Source: an uncultured Candidatus Saccharibacteria bacterium (lineage in GTDB: Bacteria > Patescibacteriota > Saccharimonadia > UBA4664 > CAZJNH01). From it: DNA of 51,111 nucleotides. The stretch lies in assembly GCA_964478595.1 (NCBI GenBank), contig CAYZIN010000005.1, forward strand, positions 1 to 51,111, in the 5' to 3' direction. Every line of letters begins with the position of its first letter. Position 1 is the first letter of the stretch. The position numbers and the translations under genes were made by a program. This document shows, piece after piece, positions 1 to 9,050 of the stretch. The notes beneath the pieces were generated by a model, which saw nothing but the letters and a program-made list of their open reading frames with translations, did no database searches and was not told where the DNA came from.

Positions 1-55
1 GAACCCGTGTTACTAGATTGAGAATCTAGCGTCCTAACCACTAGACGATGGGGCC
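1..55 (-). tRNA. tRNA-Glu (anticodon CUC), 3' part cut off by the window edge
   Basis: Reverse complement of 1-55 reads GGCCCCATCGTCTAGTGGTTAGGACGCTAGATTCTCAATCTAGTAACACGGGTTC. It shows a 7-nt acceptor strand, a D-arm GTCT/AGTGGTTA/GGAC, an anticodon stem CTAGA/TCTAG with loop TTCTCAA (CTC), and the start of the T-arm. The rest lies outside the window. Confidence 0.85.
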
Positions 56-142
56 AAACGAGCGGATAAGCTCCAAAAGCTTGCTTTTGGTCCGATACAA
101 CGTATGGGGCCGTAAAGCCCAAGAATTTTAGCATTTTCCAGG

Positions 143-171
143 TTGTGATGTCCAGAAGTTGTCGGTATAAT
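143..171 (+). promoter_or_regulatory. sigma-70-like promoter for the kinase/regulator operon
   Basis: TTGTGA (143-148), a 17-nt spacer, then TATAAT (166-171), about 20 nt upstream of the kinase start and its AAGGAG site. Confidence 0.5.
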
Positions 172-190
172 TGCCTTAAGCATAAGGAGT

Positions 191-1885
191 TTGGTGGATA
201 AATCTCCGCACAATCTGGAGCTTTTAGCTGTGGCTCAAGCTATCTTGGGCGGAGTTATTGCGCTTACCGCCGGGCTGGTCTTTTTAGTCAAACCCAACCT
301 GTTGCAAAACGAGATGGCCTCCTTTGTACTAGGTATCGTCGGCTTGGTTGAGCTGTGCTATTATCTTAGCCTTCACCGCTGGCTCAAGGACAAGCACCTA
401 CAGTTATCGACTATCATCCTGACGGTCCTTACCTCCGCCAACTTCGGTCTGTTAATCGTTCAAACCGGGGGGGCCGATTCGGCCTTTTACTCATTTTGGC
501 TGCTGATTATTATCATGTGCGGTCTTTTCGGACCGGTCTATATCTATACCGCAACCGCCGCGAGCTTAATCTTTTTCCTCACAGCCCTGCCGAGAAACGA
601 TAGCATCCCGCGCTTTCTTGGCGGACACGTCGGCGAGCTGCTGGCAACGTTGGTCACCGCAGGGGTCGCCCACTGGGCCTACGCCAGACTCCAGAAAGCT
701 TCGGCGGCTGCCAATCAAGCTGCTTCAAGAATCGGCGAGGAACAGGTTCGGGCCATGGCGTTGATGAACAACATTAACGATGGTGTGATGGTGATCGATG
801 CCAAACGGCGAGTCCAGCTACTCAACCCGGCAGCAGCGATTTTGACCGGCTGGGACAAAGACTCGGCTGTAGGACTAGACAGCAGTTTGATCTTTAAACT
901 CAAAACCGGGGACGACACCGATATCCCACCCGAGCGGGACCCATTTACTGAAGCCTGGCAAAAAGGCACCGGAATAGTTAAAAACAGCCTAACCTTAATT
1001 ACTAAATCCGGACGAAGGTTGGCCGTTACACTATCGGTTTCGCCGCTGTTTGACGTTAATCGCCAGCCGAGCGGTGGTATTGTTTTGTTCCGGGATATTA
1101 GTTCAGAGCGAGAGATGGACAGGCAACGCAGCGAGTTTATTTCGACGGCGTCGCACGAAATGCGCACGCCAATCGCTGCCCTGGAGGGCTACATTTCACT
1201 GGCTATGAATCCCAACGTCGCCCACATCGACACTAGAGCTAAGGAGTACCTCGAAAAGGCCCACAACACGATTTTGCACTTGGGCCAACTATTTAAAGAC
1301 CTGCTTAGCGCCGCCAAGATGGAGGAGGGTGGTGTTATCGAGAAGATCGAACCGGTTGAGGTGGGCTCGATCATTAAAGAAATTATCGACAATCTTTCCT
1401 TCGCCGCCGGCAAAAAAGGTCTTGGTCTCGACTTTCAAAATACCCTAGACCCTTCGCGGCAAAGTTTAGCGCCGCTTTACTACGTTCGGGCCAACCCGGA
1501 ACGCTTGAGAGAGGTGACTACCAACCTGATCGATAACGCCATTAAATTCACGACCGCCGGTAAAGTTACGGTCACCGTCACCGGTACAGCCGATGTCGTG
1601 ACGGTCAGCGTCAAAGACACCGGCGCCGGCATTGCGCCCGAAGACATCCCGCACCTTTTTCAAAAGTTCTACCGGGTCGACAACTCCGCCACCCGCACCA
1701 CTGGCGGTACCGGCTTAGGGCTTTACCTCTGCCGCACCATCATTGAACGTTACCAGGGCCGGATATGGGTCGAAAGTGCTGTGGGCAAGGGCAGCGCGTT
1801 CAACTTTAGCTTGCCCAGGCTCTCCACCACTCAGGTGCAACAAACCCAGGCATTGGTAAGTGGACAGGCGACAGGAGTGCATTAG
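191..1885 (+). CDS. membrane sensor histidine kinase (multi-pass N-terminus, PAS-like, HisKA, HATPase)
   Basis: 564-aa ORF with a hydrophobic N-terminal region. H-box FISTASHEMRTPIAAL; ATPase boxes NLIDNAIKFT, KDTGAGI, GGTGLGLYL. AAGGAG at 184-189 precedes a TTG/GTG start. Confidence 0.9.
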   Translation: MVDKSPHNLELLAVAQAILGGVIALTAGLVFLVKPNLLQNEMASFVLGIVGLVELCYYLSLHRWLKDKHLQLSTIILTVLTSANFGLLIVQTGGADSAFYSFWLLIIIMCGLFGPVYIYTATAASLIFFLTALPRNDSIPRFLGGHVGELLATLVTAGVAHWAYARLQKASAAANQAASRIGEEQVRAMALMNNINDGVMVIDAKRRVQLLNPAAAILTGWDKDSAVGLDSSLIFKLKTGDDTDIPPERDPFTEAWQKGTGIVKNSLTLITKSGRRLAVTLSVSPLFDVNRQPSGGIVLFRDISSEREMDRQRSEFISTASHEMRTPIAALEGYISLAMNPNVAHIDTRAKEYLEKAHNTILHLGQLFKDLLSAAKMEEGGVIEKIEPVEVGSIIKEIIDNLSFAAGKKGLGLDFQNTLDPSRQSLAPLYYVRANPERLREVTTNLIDNAIKFTTAGKVTVTVTGTADVVTVSVKDTGAGIAPEDIPHLFQKFYRVDNSATRTTGGTGLGLYLCRTIIERYQGRIWVESAVGKGSAFNFSLPRLSTTQVQQTQALVSGQATGVH

Positions 1886-1926
1886 CTTGCGTGCACCAAA
1901 GATAATGGTTATGATTAAGCCCAGCA

Positions 1927-2310
1927 ATGCCTAGAATTTTACTCGTCGAAGACGATATTAATTTACGCGACATCTACATGGCGCGGCTTCAAGCTGAAAA
2001 GTATGAAATTATTACCGCTTCCGACGGAGAAGAAGCGTTGGCGGTGGCGGTTAAGCAGAAACCCGACTTGATTTTACTCGATGTGATGATGCCAAAAATC
2101 AGTGGGTTTGATGTTTTAGATATCTTGCGCTCAACACCAGAGATCAAAAATACCAAAGTCATCATCATGACCGCGCTCAACCAGGAAAGCGACCGAAAGC
2201 GCGGCGAGGCGCTGGGTGTCGACAAGTATTTGATCAAATCCCAAGTTACACTCGAAGACGTGGTGCGCTCGATTAAAGAAATGCTGCCGCAGCAAGCTAA
2301 GCCGGCATAG
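1927..2310 (+). CDS. stand-alone response regulator receiver (CheY-like, no output domain)
   Basis: 127 aa. Receiver motifs ILLVEDD, DLILLDVMMP, IIMTAL and a conserved Lys in DKYLIKS. The protein ends right after the receiver fold. Confidence 0.9.
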   Translation: MPRILLVEDDINLRDIYMARLQAEKYEIITASDGEEALAVAVKQKPDLILLDVMMPKISGFDVLDILRSTPEIKNTKVIIMTALNQESDRKRGEALGVDKYLIKSQVTLEDVVRSIKEMLPQQAKPA

Positions 2311-2325
2311 GGTAAACTAGAGCGA

Positions 2326-3219
2326 ATGAATTTTTTTGCCCAGTTAGTTCTGGCGGTCTTGGTTTTAGCGCGGCCGAATTCGGCCACCAGCCAGGCTGCT
2401 TCGCTGTGGCAAAGATTTACTCCCGGCTCAGCTATCACCGTCAGCTCTCCGGGGATACCGCAACCGGTCAAAACCGGGTTGGGGGTAATTAATTTGGGCG
2501 CCAAAGGAGTAGTGGCTCTCGATCGTGGAACCGGCACCGTCTTGTTCGATCAAAACGCCGCACAAATGCTGCCAATCGCCTCCGTCACCAAACTGGCAAC
2601 CACGGCGGTTATTTTGCGCGACCATCAAACCGGCGAGGTGATTAGCGTACCAACTTTGCCTGCTTATCCTCCGGGAGCAGTCATTTTACCGGTGCACTTC
2701 GGCGAAAACTTTACCGTCGAGCAAATGATCAAGGCGATGCTGGTTCCCTCGGCCAACAACGCCGCCGACACCCTGGCAATCGACGACAGCCAGTCGCTAA
2801 ACGCTTTTGCGGCCAAGGCCAACAACTTAGTTGCCGGATGGGGAATAACGGGAGTAAAGGTCGCCGACGCCAATGGCCTCAACCCAAACAGCCAAGCCTC
2901 TCCGCTCGCTCTGGCCAAACTCTCAGACCTTTTGCTCCACAATCAATTGTTTGCCCAGACCGTCTCAAGCCCCCAGGTGACCGTCTCGGACACCTCCGGC
3001 CGCAGTTTTAACCTAACTAGCACCAATCACCTGCTGACCTCCGACAAGCGCATCACCGGCATTAAAACCGGCTACACGTTAGTGGCGGGAGAGAACTTGG
3101 TGGCTCTGGCAAACATCAAAGGCCATGAAGTTATTACCGTTGTACTGGACAGCCCCGACCGGTTTGCCGAAACTGAAGCGCTGGTTAACAATCTCGAGCA
3201 AAACTGGAGTTGGCAGTGA
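2326..3219 (+). CDS. D-alanyl-D-alanine carboxypeptidase (peptidase S11, low-MW PBP)
   Basis: 297 aa with an N-terminal signal-like segment. SxxK (SVTK), SxN (SANN) and KTG (KTGYT) occur in the canonical order. Confidence 0.85.
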   Translation: MNFFAQLVLAVLVLARPNSATSQAASLWQRFTPGSAITVSSPGIPQPVKTGLGVINLGAKGVVALDRGTGTVLFDQNAAQMLPIASVTKLATTAVILRDHQTGEVISVPTLPAYPPGAVILPVHFGENFTVEQMIKAMLVPSANNAADTLAIDDSQSLNAFAAKANNLVAGWGITGVKVADANGLNPNSQASPLALAKLSDLLLHNQLFAQTVSSPQVTVSDTSGRSFNLTSTNHLLTSDKRITGIKTGYTLVAGENLVALANIKGHEVITVVLDSPDRFAETEALVNNLEQNWSWQ

Positions 3220-4517
3220 ATAAAGTCGTGGCCATAGTTGGCCGGCCAAACGTGGGTAAATCAACCTTGTTTAACCGACTGGTTGGTCAAAGGCAGGCAA
3301 TTACCGCTGAGGAGCCTGGCACCACCCGCGATCCGGTTTACGGGGAAGTGGGCTGGAACGGCAAATACTTTTTACTGGTAGACACCGCCGGTCTTGGCGG
3401 GGAGAGTGAGTTAACTCAGCAGGTCGAGGCCCAAATCCATCAAGTCTCGGCCCTAGCGGATGTGGTTTTGGTGGTTGTTGATTCGAGCGGTATGGTGACC
3501 GATCAAGATCTAGAGGCAGCAAAACTGGCACTCAAAACCGGCAAGCCCATAATTTTGGCGCTAAATAAAGCCGATATAAAAAAACGCGATACCGACCAGT
3601 TTAAAAAACTTGGTATTAAAAACACGATCGAGGTGTCGGCAACCCATGGTACGGCAAGCGGCGACTTGCTGGATTTGATTATTAAACTGCTGCCAAAGGC
3701 CCCGACTAAACCCTCAACCAACAATTCTCTACAACTCGGCGTAGTTGGCCGGCCAAATGTGGGCAAATCGACTCTATTTAATCAGTTGGCGGGCAAGCCG
3801 CGCGCGATCGTTGCCGAGGTTGCCGGCACCACGAGGGATATTAACCGCACCGAAATTAAGTACGAAAAACAACTCATCAGCATTTTTGATACTGCTGGGT
3901 TTCGGCGGCGCGGTAAAATCGAACGGGGAGTAGAGCAATTTAGTATTTTGCGTACCCTTGCTGCGATTAACCAAGCCGATATTTGTGTGTTAGTTATGGA
4001 TGCGGCCGAGCCCGGATCGCACATCGACCAACAGGTTGCTGGGCTAGTTAAAGAAGCAGGCAAAGGTCTGATTCTGGCCGTTAATAAATGGGACGCGATC
4101 GACAAAGACGACAAAACCCAGGGTCGGATGGCCGCCAAGCTGCAGCTGCGCTTTCAGTTCACGCCCTGGGCACCGCTAGTTTTTATTTCGGCCCTTAACG
4201 GCAAACATACCGACGAGCTGCCGCGTCTTGCCATCGAAATCGCCGAGCGGCGCAAACAACAAATTACCGAAGCCAAATTAAAGGCCTACCTGCGTGAGGC
4301 AATCGTTAACCAGCCGCCGGCCGGCCGAGGTAATAAGCACCCCAAACTAACTGAAATTCGCCAGCTTTCTTCCGACCAACCGAGCTTTTTAATTGAGGGT
4401 ACGAACACCAAGCTTTTGCACTTTTCTTACCCCCGTTACCTCGAGAATAGGCTCCGCGAGCGCTTTGATTTTACCGGTACGCCAATTAGACTGGTGATCA
4501 AGGATAAAAAACTATGA
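3210..4517 (+). CDS. der: ribosome-associated GTPase Der/EngA
   Basis: Two tandem GTPase domains, each with GRPNVGKSTLFN, DTAG and NKAD/NKWD, plus a C-terminal KH-like tail. The track start is TTG 3210. GTG 3216, following GGAG 3206-3209, is an equally likely start. Confidence 0.95.
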   Translation: MAVNKVVAIVGRPNVGKSTLFNRLVGQRQAITAEEPGTTRDPVYGEVGWNGKYFLLVDTAGLGGESELTQQVEAQIHQVSALADVVLVVVDSSGMVTDQDLEAAKLALKTGKPIILALNKADIKKRDTDQFKKLGIKNTIEVSATHGTASGDLLDLIIKLLPKAPTKPSTNNSLQLGVVGRPNVGKSTLFNQLAGKPRAIVAEVAGTTRDINRTEIKYEKQLISIFDTAGFRRRGKIERGVEQFSILRTLAAINQADICVLVMDAAEPGSHIDQQVAGLVKEAGKGLILAVNKWDAIDKDDKTQGRMAAKLQLRFQFTPWAPLVFISALNGKHTDELPRLAIEIAERRKQQITEAKLKAYLREAIVNQPPAGRGNKHPKLTEIRQLSSDQPSFLIEGTNTKLLHFSYPRYLENRLRERFDFTGTPIRLVIKDKKL

Positions 4518-5077
4518 AGTTAGTTGTGGGGTTGGGAAATTTAGGTGGGCGCTACGAAAATACGCGTCACAATTTAGGCTTTATGGTGATCGACCAATTC
4601 GCCAAAACTCACGATGCAAAGTTTGAGACCGACAAAGAGCTACGTGCTGAGGTGGCGGCAATCCAACTGGTGGGCCAAGAGATTACCCTGGCCAAACCCC
4701 AGACCATGGTGAATCTTTCGGGTCTGGCCGTCCGCAAACTAATCGAAAAGCATAATCTCGAGCCCGGCGAGGTTAGTGTCGTGGTTGATGACTTCAATTT
4801 ACCCTTCGGACAGCTCAGGGTCCGCTTAGGCGGGGAGGACGGCGGTCATAACGGCCTTGGATCAATTATCGAATCGATCGGCCCGGAATTTTGGCGGTTT
4901 CGGATTGGCGTCGCCAGCGGTTACTTAGATAAATCCGACCATTCCGAGTTCGTCGTTAGCCCTTTTTCACCTGAAGAAACCAGAGAGCTCAAACACATTA
5001 TCGAACGTGCTGGTGAATTACTCGAAGAATACTTAATTAAAGGCGAGCCCCGCCACGAAACCATCCGCCTCGCCTAG
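4514..5077 (+). CDS. pth: peptidyl-tRNA hydrolase
   Basis: 187 aa. N-terminus LVVGLGNLGGRYENTRHNLGF and GGHNGL are typical of Pth. A 4-nt ATGA overlap with der is present. Confidence 0.92.
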   Translation: MKLVVGLGNLGGRYENTRHNLGFMVIDQFAKTHDAKFETDKELRAEVAAIQLVGQEITLAKPQTMVNLSGLAVRKLIEKHNLEPGEVSVVVDDFNLPFGQLRVRLGGEDGGHNGLGSIIESIGPEFWRFRIGVASGYLDKSDHSEFVVSPFSPEETRELKHIIERAGELLEEYLIKGEPRHETIRLA

Positions 5078-5730
5078 AACTTGATCGTCGAAATAATCTG
5101 CGAGAATTCCTTTAACGCCTGCTGATCGTCGGCTTTAGTCAAATCTAGGGCACCGGGTCCCCCGGGGCCAACGTACAAATAAACAAAAGCGAATAGGTAT
5201 GAACCATCCGATAGCTTAGGTGAGCAAGCTGAACTGGAGGTCGGGGCACAATCGCTTAAGTAAGACCCACCAGTAGTCGATGACGACACCACGTAGTATG
5301 TCTTCCCACTAGAGGTAAAGTTGCTGTAAGTACTGAGGCTTAGAGCGTATGCGCCACCCTTGGCTAAGTATTCGGTGTTATTTTTCTGAAAGCTGATGAT
5401 ATATTTGCGGCCACTTACCGTTTTTGTTAGCTGCGAGGTGCTTGACTCTGTCCAGTTATTATCATACTTAACGGTAACGCCTACTGCGTCATTAAAGCCT
5501 GAACCCGTTGAGTCACTCATCTTAGCGTTAAAGTTCTTCCAGTTGGCGTACGGGTCGACGGTGGCAGTTTTAGGTGTTGTCTGTGACTGTGTTGAGGTCT
5601 TGGCTGGTTCAGTTTTATGACGGCTTTGCCACCAACGGTAGCCGACCGCACCGAGCACGAGCGTGACTACTGCTACAAGAATAAATTCTAGGATTAGCGC
5701 AACACCGCGTTGGTCTTTTAGATGATTCAT
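5074..5730 (-). CDS. hypothetical exported/membrane-anchored Ser/Thr-rich protein with a pilin-like N-terminus
   Basis: 218 aa. N-terminus MNHLKDQRGVALILEFILVAVVTLVL is a basic stretch, Gly, a hydrophobic helix and a Glu. The rest is S/T/Y-rich and beta-like with two Cys. No family recognised. Confidence 0.6.
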   Translation of the reverse strand: MNHLKDQRGVALILEFILVAVVTLVLGAVGYRWWQSRHKTEPAKTSTQSQTTPKTATVDPYANWKNFNAKMSDSTGSGFNDAVGVTVKYDNNWTESSTSQLTKTVSGRKYIISFQKNNTEYLAKGGAYALSLSTYSNFTSSGKTYYVVSSSTTGGSYLSDCAPTSSSACSPKLSDGSYLFAFVYLYVGPGGPGALDLTKADDQQALKEFSQIISTIKF

Positions 5731-5800
5731 GAATTAAGCATAACAATTTTGCGACAAACGGGAAAGAGGAGAGCGACGCTTGATTGCCTCTAGCTGCCAT

Positions 5801-5831
5801 CAAAAAATACCCCTCGACTTGCTCGGGGTAT
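5801..5831 (-). terminator. intrinsic terminator-like hairpin with a U-tract (minus strand)
   Basis: The minus strand reads ATACCCC-GAGCAAGTCGA-GGGGTAT followed by TTTTTTG. The stem is 5807-5813/5825-5831 and the T-tract corresponds to 5802-5807. Confidence 0.5.
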
Positions 5832-6070
5832 AATTTTCGCATAACTTCGAAGGCTCAAATTATAAAGACCCGAGTAAGGGTGGTGGTGGTTCCCCGCGTA
5901 CTCAGGTCTTTATCATGCCCTTCAATCAAACTCCACCCAGGGCGGACTGATCCAACTTTAATTTTGAAGCTGGGGTTCGCCAGGGGCGAACGTCAATTGA
6001 AGGGGCTGATCCGCCAGCATTGATTCCTAAAGGAGGGTGCGTTTAGGGCAAGTGCAGGCGGGTCGGCCAA
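5801..6070 (-). ncRNA. candidate structured RNA of unknown class, or a cis-regulatory leader of the 5074-5730 gene
   Basis: The 400-bp divergent intergenic region has no credible ORF. It contains nested helices: GACCCGCCTGCA/TGCTGGCGGATC, CCTAAA/TTTAGG, GTTCGCC/GGCGAAC, CCCTTCAAT/ATTGAAGGG, TCCGCC/GGTGGA, and a 13-bp stem AAAGACCTGAGTA/TTACTCGGGTCTTT. It ends in the 5801-5831 terminator. Strand and class are uncertain. Confidence 0.3.
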
Positions 6071-6133
6071 AAATAGGTTGTGAATCTCTCGAACTGCTGT
6101 TACGATCTGGAAGGTTAACACTTTTTGTGAGTT

Positions 6134-6997
6134 TTGTCAACGCATTTTATGCAATATACCGAAATAGATCGTCGCTCCGACGAATACCCAGATTTGTTAA
6201 AAGAGTTCTCGCGCCCTCCGAAGCGCTTATTTGTGGACGGCGTTATCCCAAAAGCCGAGATGGTCGCTATCGTTGGGAGCCGAAAACCGTCACCTTATGG
6301 AGTAGATCTGACCTATCATTTGGCCTACGACTTAGCCAAAGCCGGTGCAGTGATTGTTAGTGGGTTAGCTATCGGGATCGACGCGGTAGCTCATCGGGCT
6401 GCGCTTGAAGCGGGCGGACAGACAATAGCCGTACTGGGATGTGGACTTGACGTAGGCGGACCGGCCACCAACTCCAGTTTGAGGCGTAAGATACCGCAAT
6501 CCGGAGCCGTTATTAGCGAATACGAGCTTGGCATGCCCGGATTAAAGCAAAACTTTCCGGCCCGTAATCGGATTGTGGCTGGACTTTCTCGGGCGATTAT
6601 AGTCACCGAAGCTAAAGCGGGGAGCGGCGCACTAATTACTGCCGCTTTTGCTCGTGATGACAACCGAATGGTTATGGCATTACCCGGGAATGTGACTAGT
6701 GAACTTTCGGTCGGACCGAATAACCTCATCAGGCAGGGAGCGATTCCCATTACTACTTCGACAGATGTGATTGACCTACTCAACCTTAATCGCCCCACAG
6801 ACCCTGTTACCATCAAGGCCGACGGTCCGGAAGAGGCTCTAATCATGAAGTTAATCAGGCACGGCATAACCACATCGGAAGAAATGATCGAGAAGATGGA
6901 GATTTCGGCCAGCCAATTTGCCCAGCTTATTTCTTTAATGGAGGTCTCTGGCAAAGTTAAAAGCCTGGGTGCCGGCCATTGGTCTTTGTCCCGTTAG
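6134..6997 (+). CDS. dprA: DNA processing protein DprA
   Basis: 287 aa. DprA core GLAIGIDAVAHRAALEAGGQTIAVLGCGLD and NFPARNRIVAGLS. Start is TTG 6134 or ATG 6149. Confidence 0.9.
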   Translation: MSTHFMQYTEIDRRSDEYPDLLKEFSRPPKRLFVDGVIPKAEMVAIVGSRKPSPYGVDLTYHLAYDLAKAGAVIVSGLAIGIDAVAHRAALEAGGQTIAVLGCGLDVGGPATNSSLRRKIPQSGAVISEYELGMPGLKQNFPARNRIVAGLSRAIIVTEAKAGSGALITAAFARDDNRMVMALPGNVTSELSVGPNNLIRQGAIPITTSTDVIDLLNLNRPTDPVTIKADGPEEALIMKLIRHGITTSEEMIEKMEISASQFAQLISLMEVSGKVKSLGAGHWSLSR

Positions 6998-7038
6998 ACT
7001 TGCGCCATTTGCCAAATCGCTTAGTATGGTAGGTCGAC

Positions 7039-8991
7039 ATGCCAGCCAAAAACGTTGTTGTAGTTGAATCTCCAGCCAAAGCCAAGACGATTGAGCGCTA
7101 TTTGGGTAAGGACTTTAAGGTTCTTGCCAGTTTTGGCCACGTTCGCGATTTGCCGAAAAGTAGATTGGGAATCGACGTCGAGGACAACTACCGGCCCGAT
7201 TACATCATCCCTAAAGGGTCATCAAAACAAATTAAGGCGCTGCAAAAAGAATTGTCTGGGGCTAAAAGCATTTATCTAGCCACCGACTACGACCGAGAAG
7301 GGGAGGCGATTGCTTGGCACATCCTAGAGGCTATTCCGCCACAACCCGGACAGGACGTCAAGCGAATTACTTTTACTGAAATTACTAAAGATGCCGTAAC
7401 CGCCGCCATCAAGAACCCACGTCAGATCGATGCAGACCTGGTCAACGCCCAGCAAGCCAGACGAGTATTGGATCGCTTGGTCGGCTATTCCTTAAGCCCG
7501 GTATTATGGAAGAAAGTGCGCAGCGGTCTTTCCGCCGGCCGCGTACAATCGGTTGCAGTGAAGTTAATCGTTGACCGTGAACGCGAAATTCAAGCCTTCA
7601 AACCTGAAGAGTATTGGTCGCTCGAAGCCGAAGTTAGTACCAAAAAGGCAGAAAAATTCGTGGCCAAGCTAGTTAAAATCGATGGCAAGAAAGCTGAGCC
7701 GATCGACAAAAAAACCGCCGAACAGGCCGAAAGGGATTTGAATCAGGCGGACCTTAACGTCGCCGGGTTCGAGACCAAACCAGTTAACCGCAATCCATTT
7801 CCGCCCTACATCACCAGCTCTTTGCAGCAGGATGCCTCACGCCGGCTAGGTTTTACCGCCAGGCGGACGATGCGGGCGGCTCAGTCGCTCTACGAAGACG
7901 GCCACATCACCTATATGCGCACCGATAGTTATAACATTGCTCAAGGGGCCCAAAAAGACATTGTATCTACGATCAATCAGCAATTTGGCGCTAATTATTC
8001 GGAAGCGCGCCAGTTTAAGAAAGCCGTTCGGGGCGCTCAGGAAGCCCACGAAGCGATCCGGGTTACTAACCCAGCCCAGCAAGCTGGCGAGCTAGGGCTC
8101 GGCGGCGATGAGGCTAGGCTCTATGATTTAATTTGGCGCCGCACTCTTGCTTCTCAAATGGCGCCAGCCAGGTTCGAACGTCGAACCATTACCATTCTTG
8201 CCGGTAAATACGAGCTGCGCGCTTCAAATGAAGAGCTCAAGTTCGATGGTTTTACGAAAGTTTACCAGATTGGGCAGGATGAAGATGAAGAAGCTGAAAA
8301 AAGCCAAAAAATACCAAACGTCTCGCCCGGAGATAAGCTTAAGCTCGAACAACTTTTAAGAGAGCAACATTTCACCACGCCGCCGCCGCGTTATAACGAA
8401 GCTTCCTTAATTAAACGCTTGGAGGAGGCGGGGATTGGGCGGCCTTCGACCTACGCGCCAACGATTTCAACGATCATTGACCGAGGCTACGTCCAAAGAG
8501 AAGCTCGTCAGCTGGTGCCGCAAGATATCGGCTTTTGGGTGAGTGATCTTCTAACTAAGCATTTCCCAGCGGTTGTGAACGAAAAATTCACCGCCGAAAT
8601 CGAAGAAGGACTGGATGACATCGCCGAAGGTAAAACCGAATGGCAACCGGTCGTAAAAAACTTTTTTGAACCACTAGAAAAGCGGATTAAAACCGAAAAA
8701 ATCGACAAGGTTGAGATTCCAGTAATCGAAACCGACGAAAAGTGCGACAAATGCGGCCGCCCGATGGTAATTAAGACCGGCCGGTTTGGACAGTTTATGG
8801 CCTGCTCCGGCTTTCCGGAATGCAAAAACACCAAGCCTATCTTAAAGAAGCTGGGAATTACTTGTCCGAAAGATGGGGGAGAGGTGATCGAAAAGCGGAC
8901 TAAACGCGGCCGGGTTTTTTATGGCTGCGCCAATTACCCCAAGTGCGATTTTGCCAGTTGGACCAAACCCGAAGCCGTACCGGCAGATTAG
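7039..8991 (+). CDS. topA: DNA topoisomerase I
   Basis: 650 aa. Toprim N-terminus VVVESPAKAKTIERYLG, TDYDREGE, active-site Tyr region GHITYMRTDS, and C-terminal Cys4 zinc ribbons (CDKCGRP..CSGFPEC and CPKDGG..CANYPKC). Confidence 0.95.
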   Translation: MPAKNVVVVESPAKAKTIERYLGKDFKVLASFGHVRDLPKSRLGIDVEDNYRPDYIIPKGSSKQIKALQKELSGAKSIYLATDYDREGEAIAWHILEAIPPQPGQDVKRITFTEITKDAVTAAIKNPRQIDADLVNAQQARRVLDRLVGYSLSPVLWKKVRSGLSAGRVQSVAVKLIVDREREIQAFKPEEYWSLEAEVSTKKAEKFVAKLVKIDGKKAEPIDKKTAEQAERDLNQADLNVAGFETKPVNRNPFPPYITSSLQQDASRRLGFTARRTMRAAQSLYEDGHITYMRTDSYNIAQGAQKDIVSTINQQFGANYSEARQFKKAVRGAQEAHEAIRVTNPAQQAGELGLGGDEARLYDLIWRRTLASQMAPARFERRTITILAGKYELRASNEELKFDGFTKVYQIGQDEDEEAEKSQKIPNVSPGDKLKLEQLLREQHFTTPPPRYNEASLIKRLEEAGIGRPSTYAPTISTIIDRGYVQREARQLVPQDIGFWVSDLLTKHFPAVVNEKFTAEIEEGLDDIAEGKTEWQPVVKNFFEPLEKRIKTEKIDKVEIPVIETDEKCDKCGRPMVIKTGRFGQFMACSGFPECKNTKPILKKLGITCPKDGGEVIEKRTKRGRVFYGCANYPKCDFASWTKPEAVPAD

Positions 8992-9050
8992 AATTGTCGG
9001 TTTGCACAAGATTTAATATAATGCTTGTGAAATCATACTAAAAAGGCCGT

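Noticed and set aside
1989-2537. A 182-aa minus-strand ORF spanning the regulator/carboxypeptidase junction
   Set aside because: It is antisense to two well-supported genes, has no motifs and no SD. The same reasoning applies to 6391-6954, 25971-26408 and other antisense ORFs in the track.
5731-6133. RNase P RNA or tmRNA in the pth-dprA intergenic region
   Set aside because: Plus-strand strings GTAAGGGTG and AAACTCCACCC, and GGGGCTGATCC, recall RNase P and the tmRNA 5' end. However, the conserved P4 strands (GGAAAGUCCGG and ACAGAAnnCGGCUUA) are not recognisable. The tRNA-like 3' end with CCA and a tag reading frame are also missing. A tmRNA starting at about 6002 would run into dprA. I kept it only as an unclassified structured RNA.
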